This document shows, piece after piece, positions 1 through 8,208 of a stretch of 64,000 nucleotides of DNA (the stretch's first letter is position 1; each line of letters starts with the position of its first letter). The notes beneath the pieces were generated by a model, which saw only the letters and a list, made by a program, of their open reading frames with translations, was not told the DNA's origin and made no database searches. The translations under genes and the position numbers were made by a program. This stretch comes from a virus: the IMG/VR virus record IMGVR_UViG_3300044730_002015, positions 32,001-96,000 of that record, one strand, 5' to 3'.

Positions 1-19
1 ATTTAGTAAGTAGTAATGT

Positions 20-106
20 CAGCGCTCACTTAAGTGATCTTGGGGTAGCGAATCCTGATCACAGCGCAGCAGCCGCGCAGCATAACCCTAACGGTCCTAG
101 GGTATG
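20..106 (-). ncRNA. Candidate structured RNA (three hairpins plus possible pseudoknot), family not identified
   Basis: Stems 81-90/98-106 (CATA-CCCTA/TAGGGTATG), 64-67/75-78 (GCGC/GCGC) and 34-39/57-62 (GTGATC/GATCAC). On the minus strand, loop UUCGCU (52-47) can pair with AGUGAG (30-25) using G-U pairs. Confidence 0.45.
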
Positions 107-109
107 TGT

Positions 110-856
110 TTATCGTCCTTGAGCGTAACTCAAGGCACCTTCATAGAAACTGGTGCTGGCTATGTCTCGAGGAACATAACTGGCATTCTTTAAATTTTTC
201 CTCTGCGCCCAGGCATAGCCAGCCATGTGACCTGAACAGTCCTTGGTGCAGGGATAACCTTTGTAGTACAGGCCCACCGGCGAAGCAGGTGAGTTAGGCG
301 GGCGCTGTGTGGAAATGTTTTCGCAGATGGCAGTATCGGGCTTGACACCAATCAACATGAATCTAGTGTAAGCACCATCTCGATCTCTTAATTTTAGATT
401 GCCTTGATACAAGGGCACGGCATCGCCATATGATTCCATCAAATCATTGCGATCGCGGGTCTGTACGGCGAATACCACACCTGCGGGCAAGGCATCATAC
501 CAGCCCGATCCGGTCCAGTCGTTGTGGCTGGTGTTGATCACAGTGTCATCGGACCAGTAATCAAACGTGTTGGCATCACCGCAGATGTGCCGTGCCTGAC
601 TTAATTTTTTTCCACGATTCACAGCCGCAGGATCCAGGTCAATGTTGACCATGCGGTCCACAGGCAGTATCTCAGTGTCTTGTGCTATCTTGGCCAGATT
701 ACCATTCCAAGATCCAATCACAACAATCCTGCCAGGGTTGGCCACAGGCTGCAATCTGCGCAACAACCACAGTTTGCTGGCTATGAGGTCGTCGCTGAAA
801 CTACCTTGGGGAGTATCGGGACTGGCTTCCCCCAAATTGCTAATAGCGTTTATCAT
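110..856 (-). CDS. Class I SAM-dependent methyltransferase-like protein with an extra C-terminal Cys-containing domain
   Basis: Rossmann-type motifs IVVIGSWNG, VNIDLD, GDAN, VINTS; separate C-terminal YKGYPCTKDCSGH segment after a Pro-rich linker. Confidence 0.6.
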   Translation of the reverse strand: MINAISNLGEASPDTPQGSFSDDLIASKLWLLRRLQPVANPGRIVVIGSWNGNLAKIAQDTEILPVDRMVNIDLDPAAVNRGKKLSQARHICGDANTFDYWSDDTVINTSHNDWTGSGWYDALPAGVVFAVQTRDRNDLMESYGDAVPLYQGNLKLRDRDGAYTRFMLIGVKPDTAICENISTQRPPNSPASPVGLYYKGYPCTKDCSGHMAGYAWAQRKNLKNASYVPRDIASTSFYEGALSYAQGR

Positions 857-921
857 ACAGGACTGTAGGGATTTTTAGGAAGGTCGTAACCGTCTTCGTC
901 GGGATAAACAGGGTAATCCAT
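853..921 (-). CDS. 22-aa microprotein MDYPVYPDEDGYDLPKNPYSPV
   Basis: ATG 1 nt after the upstream TAA; its TGA overlaps the next ATG (ATGA), exactly filling the intergenic gap; not in the ORF track. Confidence 0.6.
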   Translation of the reverse strand: MDYPVYPDEDGYDLPKNPYSPV

Positions 922-922
922 A

Positions 923-1138
923 TTAAGCCAATGCTGATACCATGGTTACAGTAGCATCCAACAATGCCTGTACCTGTGTTTTCTTCTCCAAGGCCTCGGC
1001 CGTGGTTGCCACTGTTTTGGCCAAGTCAATGTCACGCAGCAATTCTTGGGCTTCGCTTTTGCTGAGATTGCCAGCTGCAAGGTCACGTTGTATCTGTTGT
1101 AATTCTGCTTCAATGGCCAATAGTGTTGCGTCTGTCAT
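923..1138 (-). CDS. Small helical hypothetical protein
   Basis: 71-aa ORF, ATGA-coupled to the upstream lipoprotein gene. Confidence 0.7.
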   Translation of the reverse strand: MTDATLLAIEAELQQIQRDLAAGNLSKSEAQELLRDIDLAKTVATTAEALEKKTQVQALLDATVTMVSALA

Positions 1139-1551
1139 CTTTTCTTCCTTGCCATGGCCTGCTGTGCGCCTGTGCTGGCCAATGTGATCAAACTGTATTT
1201 GCTACGGCAGTATGCGGCAGACACAGGTTCTGGTCGAGCATAACGCTCAGGTAAAGTAACTGTGATTTCTTTGATGCTGGCAGCCATGGCAGCTACATCG
1301 CGGTTGTTCTGCAGTTCTCTAGCGTAGTTGTGGAATTCCACAGCCTTGCGATGTATTTCTGTGGCATTCACAGCACTTTGTTTTGTGTCTTGGCATTGGC
1401 CTGCCATGAATTCGCTCATGGTGCGCAGTTCCACAGCATAGGTGTATTCGCGATTGTCAAAGGGTGGTAGCCAGTAACTTTCCCAGGCCTGCTGTACTGT
1501 GCCACAGCCCACAAGCAAGGGCACAAATAAAAATAGGAGTATTCGACGCAT
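1135..1551 (-). CDS. Putative lipoprotein
   Basis: Start re-called at MRRILLFLF after an AGGAG RBS; signal peptide with lipobox LVGC. Confidence 0.7.
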   Translation of the reverse strand: MRRILLFLFVPLLVGCGTVQQAWESYWLPPFDNREYTYAVELRTMSEFMAGQCQDTKQSAVNATEIHRKAVEFHNYARELQNNRDVAAMAASIKEITVTLPERYARPEPVSAAYCRSKYSLITLASTGAQQAMARKKR

Positions 1552-1563
1552 ACTCCTATTTAG
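1531..1563 (-). promoter_or_regulatory. Late-type promoter CTAAATA overlapping an 11-bp hairpin that covers the RBS
   Basis: AAATAGGAGTA (1531-1541) / TACTCCTATTT (1551-1561) perfect inverted repeat; TATTTAG at 1557-1563. Confidence 0.55.
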
Positions 1564-1580
1564 CACAAAAACGCTGGATA

Positions 1581-2591
1581 TCAGTGTTTGATGCGTGACC
1601 AAACCTGCGTTCTTATCTGCTGTGTCAATGCATCGGGCAGGCTAACATAATCTAAGTCAGCAGCGTCCTTTTTACCATTCTTGAAAGCCCAGTCAAAGAA
1701 TTTGATCACTTCTTGGCTGGACTTTTTGTCAGTGGGATCGATATACATGATGATGAAACTGGCTGAACTCACGGGCCAAGCATTGGGATTCTTTTGATCT
1801 ACGATGCTGAGTCCCATGCCCGGTACACTAAACCAATCTGCACCATCAGCAGCGGCTGCAAATGTCACATCATCGGGCGCTACGAATCGGCCCGATTTGT
1901 TCTGCAGCAACATATAATTCATTTTGTTCTTTTTCACATAGGCATATTCTACATAACCAATGGCGCCTTTGATCCTGTTGACATTGGCAGCAACGCCTTC
2001 GTTGCCTTTGCCACCCACTGATGAAGCAGCAGGCCACTTTACCGCAGCTCCGCGACCCACCTTGCTAGCCCACTCTTGGCTGACTGTTGACAAGTAATCA
2101 GTCCAGTTGAATGTGGTACCTGAGCCATCTGCACGGTGTACCACAACAATGTTTTGATCGGGCAGCCGCTTGCCTGGATTCAGTGCTGCTAATTTAGCAT
2201 CGTTCCACTTGGTGATTGTACCCATATAGATATCAGCCAATAAAGCACCGGTGATGCGCAGTTCACCTGGTTTAAAACCATCCAAGTTGATAACCGGCAC
2301 AGTGCCGCCTATGATGGCAGGAAACTGTATCTGAGCATTCTTGTCTAGATCTGCACCTGACACAGGTGCGTCTGTGGCACCAAAGGTCACGGTTCGGGCA
2401 TTGATCTGGCGTATGCCGCCCGATGAACCAATTGATTGATAGTTGAGTCCCACTCCTGTGACCTTTTTGTAAGATTCGGCCCACTTGGCGTACATGGGAT
2501 AGGGAAATGTAGCACCTGCGCCTGTGATGTCGGCAGCAATTGCTGTGGTACAAAATAAAACCGCGGCAAACATTGTAAATAGTTTTTTCAC
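1581..2591 (-). CDS. pstS: Phosphate ABC transporter substrate-binding protein PstS
   Basis: Signal peptide; ITGAGATFPYP, YQSIGSSGG, HRADGSGTT and GAIGYVEY motifs; GTG start after AAGGAG. Confidence 0.95.
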   Translation of the reverse strand: MKKLFTMFAAVLFCTTAIAADITGAGATFPYPMYAKWAESYKKVTGVGLNYQSIGSSGGIRQINARTVTFGATDAPVSGADLDKNAQIQFPAIIGGTVPVINLDGFKPGELRITGALLADIYMGTITKWNDAKLAALNPGKRLPDQNIVVVHRADGSGTTFNWTDYLSTVSQEWASKVGRGAAVKWPAASSVGGKGNEGVAANVNRIKGAIGYVEYAYVKKNKMNYMLLQNKSGRFVAPDDVTFAAAADGADWFSVPGMGLSIVDQKNPNAWPVSSASFIIMYIDPTDKKSSQEVIKFFDWAFKNGKKDAADLDYVSLPDALTQQIRTQVWSRIKH

Positions 2592-2654
2592 TTGAATTCT
2601 CCTTTGTGTTGTGCTCCTGCACAAGACTATTTACAATAAACTGCGCGGTTTATT

Positions 2655-2672
2655 ATGACACTTTTGTTACAA
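2655..2672 (-). promoter_or_regulatory. Pho box (PhoB-binding direct repeat) upstream of pstS
   Basis: Minus strand TTGTAAC-AAAA-GTGTCAT: two half-sites 11 bp apart resembling consensus CTGTCAT-N4-CTGTCA(C/T). Confidence 0.7.
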
Positions 2673-2687
2673 GTGAAAAACTATAGA

Positions 2688-2915
2688 TCAAGATTTGTGC
2701 CGATGATCGATGATGAACTGTAAAACTTGATTGATCGATAGATATGACACAGTGATAATGGTTAATACCACCGGAGCCAGGATCAACTGTCTAGACGACA
2801 GACCTGGCAAGCACAACAGTAGATATGCTGCCAGTGTGCCAGGCAGCAGATAGGGCAAGCAGGATTGTAATCCCAGAGCCAGCGAACTACTTTTTATTTG
2901 CTTCTTTGGGTTCAT
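2688..2915 (-). CDS. Small membrane protein, holin candidate
   Basis: 75 aa with two hydrophobic stretches, at the end of the endolysin-spanin cluster. Confidence 0.4.
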   Translation of the reverse strand: MNPKKQIKSSSLALGLQSCLPYLLPGTLAAYLLLCLPGLSSRQLILAPVVLTIITVSYLSINQVLQFIIDHRHKS

Positions 2916-3258
2916 AGTATTCTCGATACTTTTTCAGCATCTCGCGCTGCTGTGATAGGAAATTGCGTGTGGCAGCAAAATCTATGGCTAATTCTTCGTA
3001 GCCATCGTCGGTCAAGGCAAACAGCACTTGATCCGCATTGGCTGCTCGCAGTTCTTCAAACACACGAGCCTGATTTTCCGGAGTCACGATGATCCAGCGT
3101 GGTACTGCTGGTTTGATAGGTGTGGGATCTGGGAGATTAAGCGGCGTGCGTGCCACTGCTTTCTTTTCGATCTCTATGGGTTTGATGGCATTCCAGGCCA
3201 GCAAGGCACAGCCCTGCAGATTCATTGACACCAGGATGACAGCTAGCATTGATCTCAT
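2887..3258 (-). CDS. Outer-membrane spanin (o-spanin) candidate
   Basis: Start re-called at MRSMLAV (ATGA overlap); lipobox LQGC, Pro-rich segment; follows the i-spanin. Confidence 0.7.
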   Translation of the reverse strand: MRSMLAVILVSMNLQGCALLAWNAIKPIEIEKKAVARTPLNLPDPTPIKPAVPRWIIVTPENQARVFEELRAANADQVLFALTDDGYEELAIDFAATRNFLSQQREMLKKYREYYEPKEANKK

Positions 3259-3749
3259 TGTGGTGCCCGATAGTTGGGATTGGCTATGGCTGGACATTCT
3301 TTGTTGATCTCCGCTGAACTCTTGGCTGCCAGTTCTTGCTGGGTATGTGCCGCGCCTGATGCCAGTTCAAGACAGCGCATGGCATTGCGTGTGCCACGGT
3401 TCACCAGGCGTTCTACTAGTTCTGGTTTTTCACGAGCTAACTGACCAAAGTCTCGGGGATTGCCGCGTGCGTCCTGGCTGAATTTTTTTGTCAGTGTATC
3501 TACTTCACCGCGATAGCGTTCTGCTAGATTCTGTAGATCACGATTGGTCTGCTGTATGGCTGCGATGTCTTCCACCATTTGTTTTAGCAAATCTTTTTGT
3601 TCTTGGATGCCTTGTTCTAGTCTACGTGCATTTTCTTGGCTTTGCACCAAGTCGGCTTTGATGTTGGAAACATACCAAAGGCCTGCGGCTATGATAACAG
3701 CGATGATCAGTGCTACTATGGATCGGATTATGGCGCCGACAGGCAGCAT
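3255..3749 (-). CDS. Inner-membrane spanin (i-spanin) candidate
   Basis: Single N-terminal TM helix, long coiled coil, two C-terminal Cys; near the endolysin. Confidence 0.7.
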   Translation of the reverse strand: MLPVGAIIRSIVALIIAVIIAAGLWYVSNIKADLVQSQENARRLEQGIQEQKDLLKQMVEDIAAIQQTNRDLQNLAERYRGEVDTLTKKFSQDARGNPRDFGQLAREKPELVERLVNRGTRNAMRCLELASGAAHTQQELAAKSSAEINKECPAIANPNYRAPQ

Positions 3750-4363
3750 CAAGGCCTCTCGTAGCTGGCCTGGGCACGTGACATGGCTGTGCGAGCAGCA
3801 TCTGCTTGCTCCTGGCCTCGTGCTTCGGCGTCTCGTGTGCTGCCGCCGGGTTCTCCCGCAATATTTTTGATACGTTCTATTTTGGCTGGCTCTTCACCAT
3901 AGGTGTCGATAAAATATTGTCCAAGACCTTCATCATACTGCCAGTCAATGACTTTGACTGTGCCGTCTTTCATGGTCACACGATATCTGGCTGGTCTGAA
4001 CATACTTTCGGCCACACGTTGATCTGCTCTGAAATCTAGACCTGTGATTTTTTCTAAGGTGGCACGATACTGTGGATCCAATTTAACATGATGCTTATTG
4101 ATCAATGCCAGTATGTTATTGGCCACCATGTTTGTCATCGAGCTAGCCCGACCTGTTCTATATCTCATTACCAGATAATCAATGATTTCTCGAGAAGCTT
4201 CCGTGGCATCATCGCTGGTTACAGGAAAATACTTTTTTAGGATATTAACATATTCCACTGGCCGAGAATCTGACTCTAACAGAGTCAATGCAGATCGTAA
4301 AAATTTACTTTCTGCTATATCAGCAGGTGAATTTATGCCACCTACAATTTCATTAAGTTTCAT
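3749..4363 (-). CDS. Hypothetical protein, possible internal head protein
   Basis: Start re-called at MKLNEIV (ATGA overlap with the endolysin stop); several (L/I/V)xE sites. Confidence 0.6.
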   Translation of the reverse strand: MKLNEIVGGINSPADIAESKFLRSALTLLESDSRPVEYVNILKKYFPVTSDDATEASREIIDYLVMRYRTGRASSMTNMVANNILALINKHHVKLDPQYRATLEKITGLDFRADQRVAESMFRPARYRVTMKDGTVKVIDWQYDEGLGQYFIDTYGEEPAKIERIKNIAGEPGGSTRDAEARGQEQADAARTAMSRAQASYERP

Positions 4364-4824
4364 GCAATCAATCCGGGCTTGTACACAGTCTTGCCATTTT
4401 CTTTCATGGCAGTCAGTACCTGTTTCTTGAGATTGCCTTCCACATAGCTCACATGGACCCAACCTGAATCGGGCACACCGGGAGTGTAAAATTCCAATAT
4501 CACTTGTGTAAATTCCAGATTGCTCACGATCCACTGTGCTAGATCGGCATTGGCCACTCCGGGAATCTCGATATCAGCGGCCTGGCCTTGGCAATGATCT
4601 GATGTTTTAGATCCACCCACGGCAGCATTAACATTGGGATGGCGGAAACCCGAATTCACTTTCACACCAGTTTTGTAGTGTTCGCGCACTGGTTGCAGAA
4701 CTCGTTCTGCTAGCCTTTTGAGATTGGCGATTTCTGCATCGCCGGGAGTGTTGTCTAGATTGTGACGCAGTGCTGTTTCTGACTTGATCATTTCTGACAG
4801 TGTGAAATTTTCTGTGAGTTTCAT
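4360..4824 (-). CDS. Peptidase M15A family endolysin
   Basis: LTENFTLSEM, VNSGFR, SDHCQGQAAD and WVHVS Zn-binding motifs. Confidence 0.9.
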   Translation of the reverse strand: MKLTENFTLSEMIKSETALRHNLDNTPGDAEIANLKRLAERVLQPVREHYKTGVKVNSGFRHPNVNAAVGGSKTSDHCQGQAADIEIPGVANADLAQWIVSNLEFTQVILEFYTPGVPDSGWVHVSYVEGNLKKQVLTAMKENGKTVYKPGLIA

Positions 4825-4834
4825 ATCTTGCTCC

Positions 4835-5377
4835 TTATCTTGTGATATGTGCCAGGTCTTGCCAGTTTTTTAAATCTCTGGCCACACGGCGATATATTGG
4901 TTTGATTGCTAGACCAGCGGCTTCGCGGATTTCATTGATATCGCCTTCTTTGTCACGATTGTATGCTGCCGGAGTCAATATCACGTTATTGGACACGGCT
5001 TTTTCACTGTAGGGATAAAGTTTTTTGCCCACACGTATTTTAAACTTGTCTGGATCAATGGCTGTGAGATTGGGCAGTTCGGTCATGACCTGATTGAAGT
5101 TTTTTACAAACTCTGGCGATCTGCGGAATTCAGCATAGACCAGATAACGATTGGGTTTGATTTCTCCCGGCGAGCGATCAGCATCCAGTATGAAGTCATA
5201 ACCTTTTTCCAACCACACAACCAAATCGTCTGCGGCCTGGCTGTTGCGCAGATAAAAACTTACTACTATGACATCAGCATCATCGCCCATGCGGCTTTCG
5301 AATTCATCGATGTGTACAGTAGGCTTGACCAAGCCCATCATGTCATGATATTCCAAACCTTCATTTAACTGTGTCAT
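4835..5377 (-). CDS. Hypothetical phage protein
   Basis: 180-aa ORF, ATGA-coupled. Confidence 0.75.
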   Translation of the reverse strand: MTQLNEGLEYHDMMGLVKPTVHIDEFESRMGDDADVIVVSFYLRNSQAADDLVVWLEKGYDFILDADRSPGEIKPNRYLVYAEFRRSPEFVKNFNQVMTELPNLTAIDPDKFKIRVGKKLYPYSEKAVSNNVILTPAAYNRDKEGDINEIREAAGLAIKPIYRRVARDLKNWQDLAHITR

Positions 5378-6012
5378 AGTGCCGGCGCTCCTAGTCCACC
5401 CACGCCTGAGCCCTGTCCCGGAGGTGCGCCCAATGAGCCTGGTTGTGGCACACCAGGTGTTAGAGCATCCTGAGCAGATGGTCCTGTTTGATTCTGTTCT
5501 TTGTCTAGATCTTCTTCGTAGGCATCATCAAGATCCGCCAAATCCACACTTTGGTCTTCTAATTCTAGGCTACCAGTCTTGATGTCTTGCATGAGGTCCT
5601 TGGGCATGGTAATGCGCACCAGCCATATGTCTTTTTGAATCATACGGGCTTTGTGCGTGCCAGGACGGAAATCTCCAGGGTTTGTGATCTTTTCTGGGAT
5701 CTTCATTTTGTCTTGTTTGTATTCCACTGTGCAGTCCAGGCTGGTTAGACGCAGTCCTGCTCTGGGATCGGGCATGAGTTTGTAAGGCCATAAGAATATG
5801 CAGGTCACTGTGTATCTGCTGACATCGGGACCTTCCACCAGTTCGCCAAAGCGCCAGTTTTTGTAACTGTAGATGTCTAGTTCATCCAGCACACGCTCAA
5901 AGTCCAGCAGCACAGCCATGCTGCCGTCTGAAGTGTAGATGCCTTTGATCACATCGGCTATCAGCCAGTAATCGTTGTCGCCAAAACCGTTTTCAAATAC
6001 CTTGATGCCCAT
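5374..6012 (-). CDS. Hypothetical phage protein with acidic and Pro/Gly-rich tail
   Basis: 212-aa ORF preceded by a CTAAATA motif (6020-6026). Confidence 0.75.
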   Translation of the reverse strand: MGIKVFENGFGDNDYWLIADVIKGIYTSDGSMAVLLDFERVLDELDIYSYKNWRFGELVEGPDVSRYTVTCIFLWPYKLMPDPRAGLRLTSLDCTVEYKQDKMKIPEKITNPGDFRPGTHKARMIQKDIWLVRITMPKDLMQDIKTGSLELEDQSVDLADLDDAYEEDLDKEQNQTGPSAQDALTPGVPQPGSLGAPPGQGSGVGGLGAPAL

Positions 6013-6019
6013 AGTGTAT

Positions 6020-6146
6020 TATTTAGTGCTTTTGGGACCTAAGGGGATTTACTCGAGAGGGATTTGTTTGCGTGACAGCTTAATACTTAGCTGGTTTTTC
6101 CAGGGAGATATGTGCGGTTTAACTGGGGCCGCAGGTGATCTAAATA
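6020..6146. promoter_or_regulatory. Divergent late-type promoters
   Basis: CTAAATA on minus (6020-6026) and on plus (6140-6146), resembling the T4 late consensus TATAAATA. Confidence 0.55.
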
Positions 6147-6180
6147 ACATTGGTAGCGATAACACTTAGGAGAATCCACC

Positions 6181-6918
6181 TTGGCTCGCAACAAAAGAAT
6201 AGCAGCACAAAAAGCAGCACGTTACACCGAACAACAAATGGCACCCAACACCATAAACTTCCGAGAAGCACAGCGAGTCAGGCACATAGAACTGGTGCCC
6301 AAGAGCCTCAATCAAGAAAATTACATATTAAAGTTACTGGATCCCAAACAACACATTGTGATAGCATATGGTCCTGCAGGCACAGGCAAAACTTACATAG
6401 CCATGCAGGCCGCAATAAAACAGTTGAAGATGGGCGCCATCGAGCGCATCGTCCTCACTAGACCAGCCGTGGGCGTAGAAGATGAAAAGCATGGATTCTT
6501 ACCCGGGGATTTAAATTCAAAAATGGAACCCTGGACCAGACCACTTCTCGACGTGTTACGCGAATATTACAGCCCACGCGACATCGCAAAAATGCTAGAA
6601 GATCAGACTGTGGAGATATCCCCCCTGGCATTCATGCGCGGCCGTACCATGAAGTCAGCCTGGGTCGTTGCTGATGAAATGCAAAACGCCACTCCTGGTC
6701 AAATGAAGATGCTGCTGACTCGTATTGGCGTGGGATCTAAAATTGTTGTGACAGGAGACGTTGAGCAGGCCGACAGATCAACACGTGATAATGGCCTTCT
6801 AGACCTCGCAGAGAGGCTGAACGCTCAAGGAGTATATGGCCTAAGTATATGCAAGCTGGATCGCAGAGACTGCCAACGTCATTCTATCATTGATGGAATA
6901 TTAAAGTTGTACGACTAA
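6181..6918 (+). CDS. phoH: PhoH family ATPase
   Basis: GPAGTGKT, LTRPAV, GFLPG, FMRGRT, DEMQN, TGDVEQAD; TTG start after AGGAG. Confidence 0.95.
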   Translation: MARNKRIAAQKAARYTEQQMAPNTINFREAQRVRHIELVPKSLNQENYILKLLDPKQHIVIAYGPAGTGKTYIAMQAAIKQLKMGAIERIVLTRPAVGVEDEKHGFLPGDLNSKMEPWTRPLLDVLREYYSPRDIAKMLEDQTVEISPLAFMRGRTMKSAWVVADEMQNATPGQMKMLLTRIGVGSKIVVTGDVEQADRSTRDNGLLDLAERLNAQGVYGLSICKLDRRDCQRHSIIDGILKLYD

Positions 6919-6932
6919 GAGGAGGTTCAATC

Positions 6933-6980
6933 ATGAAATATCCCACCTCGTTTGATGATCTACAGGCGCATCCGCCTTAA
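6933..6980 (+). CDS. 15-aa peptide MKYPTSFDDLQAHPP
   Basis: Near-perfect SD GAGGAGGT 6 nt before the ATG, immediately after the phoH stop. Confidence 0.4.
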   Translation: MKYPTSFDDLQAHPP

Positions 6981-7031
6981 AGCAGTGCCATGAGATCACT
7001 GTAGAACATCCGTGACGCTAGACGTCAATTC

Positions 7032-7063
7032 AGCCCGTTATACCCTAATGGGCTTTTTATTTT
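7032..7063 (+). terminator. Intrinsic terminator at the convergent junction
   Basis: AGCCCGTTA/TAATGGGCT stem followed by a T-rich tail. Confidence 0.75.
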
Positions 7064-7464
7064 GTTACAGGGCCACCTTCTACCCAGGCATCGCAGGTGC
7101 GTTTGGCAGCACATTTGAATTTCAAGAATTTACAGTAGCCCAGATCGCCAGCATCTATGGTATCTTCGGCAGCAGAGCTGGGCTCTGATCCAATGCCTTG
7201 AGCGATGCAGTCCAACATATCTGGCGATATGTCAAAGGCCGCACAGTTGCCGCAGCGACTTTGTTTGACCGATTGGATATCATCTGTGTTCCATTTGTCG
7301 GCCAACTCCTGCCAGTATTGGTCATTGGGTTCATTGGGATTCAATGGACCATAGTGATATTCATCTATGGCTTTTTGTCTGTTGCGGAGATTGAGATCGA
7401 TATCTTGGGTAGCCGGGGGACAGCCCTTTTCAATGGCTTCGATTATGTTGATGTAGTTTCTCAT
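7057..7464 (-). CDS. Cys-motif protein (CxxC...C...C...C-x-x-W), possible metal/Fe-S binding
   Basis: Start re-called at MRNYINIIE; RCGNCAAF, GYCKFLKFKCAAKRTCDAW. Confidence 0.7.
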   Translation of the reverse strand: MRNYINIIEAIEKGCPPATQDIDLNLRNRQKAIDEYHYGPLNPNEPNDQYWQELADKWNTDDIQSVKQSRCGNCAAFDISPDMLDCIAQGIGSEPSSAAEDTIDAGDLGYCKFLKFKCAAKRTCDAWVEGGPVTK

Positions 7465-7465
7465 T

Positions 7466-7816
7466 TTATTCCTTGGTTGGAACATTTTTGGCCGCACCGC
7501 TGCGTTCGGCATCGGGATCTTGTCTGCGTTTACGAGCAGCAGCCGAAGCACGGCCTTTTTTGCCCAAGGCGTGTGCCTTGGCCTGTGGCAAGCATTTGGG
7601 CTTGCCTTCGCCTTTGCTGCCTCTAGCACAGTCTCCGCGTATCTTGCCATCGGGTCCAAATCTCACCCACTTTTCTTTAAACCATTTGCGTAGATCTTCT
7701 TCTAATTCCTGTTCCGACACAGGCACGCAGTTGGGCACCATGCGGTCGCCTTTTTTCTTCATGCCCTGTTGCTGATAACCTGTCCAGCAGGCTTCAAGTA
7801 TTTCTTGATATCTCAT
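7466..7816 (-). CDS. Basic two-module small protein
   Basis: CWTGY...VPNCVP module, then LEE, then DLRKWFKEKWV...PKCLP module. Confidence 0.75.
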   Translation of the reverse strand: MRYQEILEACWTGYQQQGMKKKGDRMVPNCVPVSEQELEEDLRKWFKEKWVRFGPDGKIRGDCARGSKGEGKPKCLPQAKAHALGKKGRASAAARKRRQDPDAERSGAAKNVPTKE

Positions 7817-7974
7817 TTTTTCTTACCACCGGTGCCCCAGTTGGCAGCACCTTTTTTGCGACACTGTACCAAGGCACCGGATGCATAGGCCGATGGCCAT
7901 ACCTTGTAGCGGCTGCGCACTTTATTATAGCAGGCATCTTTCTTGGCTTCTGATACAAATTCATGAGCACGCAT
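7813..7974 (-). CDS. 53-aa basic protein (MRAHEFVSEAKKDACYNKVRSRYKVWPSAYASGALVQCRKKGAANWGTGGKKK)
   Basis: TAATG and ATGA coupling on both sides; missing from the ORF track. Confidence 0.75.
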   Translation of the reverse strand: MRAHEFVSEAKKDACYNKVRSRYKVWPSAYASGALVQCRKKGAANWGTGGKKK

Positions 7975-8177
7975 TATTCTTTGCTCCTGGCAACAAAATA
8001 TCCAGTGATTATGCCCACTATGCCTACCAAGGATTTTTCCAGCAGTTGTATCACTGCTGTGTCTGGTACTTTCATGTTTATTGCAGCAAGATGAAAATCA
8101 TAGATCACTGAGCCGCCCAGGATTAGTAAAAATCCCACGACCAGGATCAGCAGTATGATATCTTTGGGTGTCCACAT
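7974..8177 (-). CDS. Small two-TM membrane protein, holin-like candidate
   Basis: Start re-called at MWTPKD; two hydrophobic helices, charged C-terminus. Confidence 0.55.
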   Translation of the reverse strand: MWTPKDIILLILVVGFLLILGGSVIYDFHLAAINMKVPDTAVIQLLEKSLVGIVGIITGYFVARSKE

Positions 8178-8203
8178 ATGGCAAATCTCTTTGCCATATT
8201 TAT
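8176..8203 (-). promoter_or_regulatory. Late-type promoter ATAAATA inside a hairpin occluding the start region
   Basis: ATATGGCAAA (8176-8185) / TTTGCCATAT (8190-8199) perfect 10-bp stem; TATTTAT at 8197-8203. Confidence 0.6.
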
Positions 8204-8208
8204 GTGTT

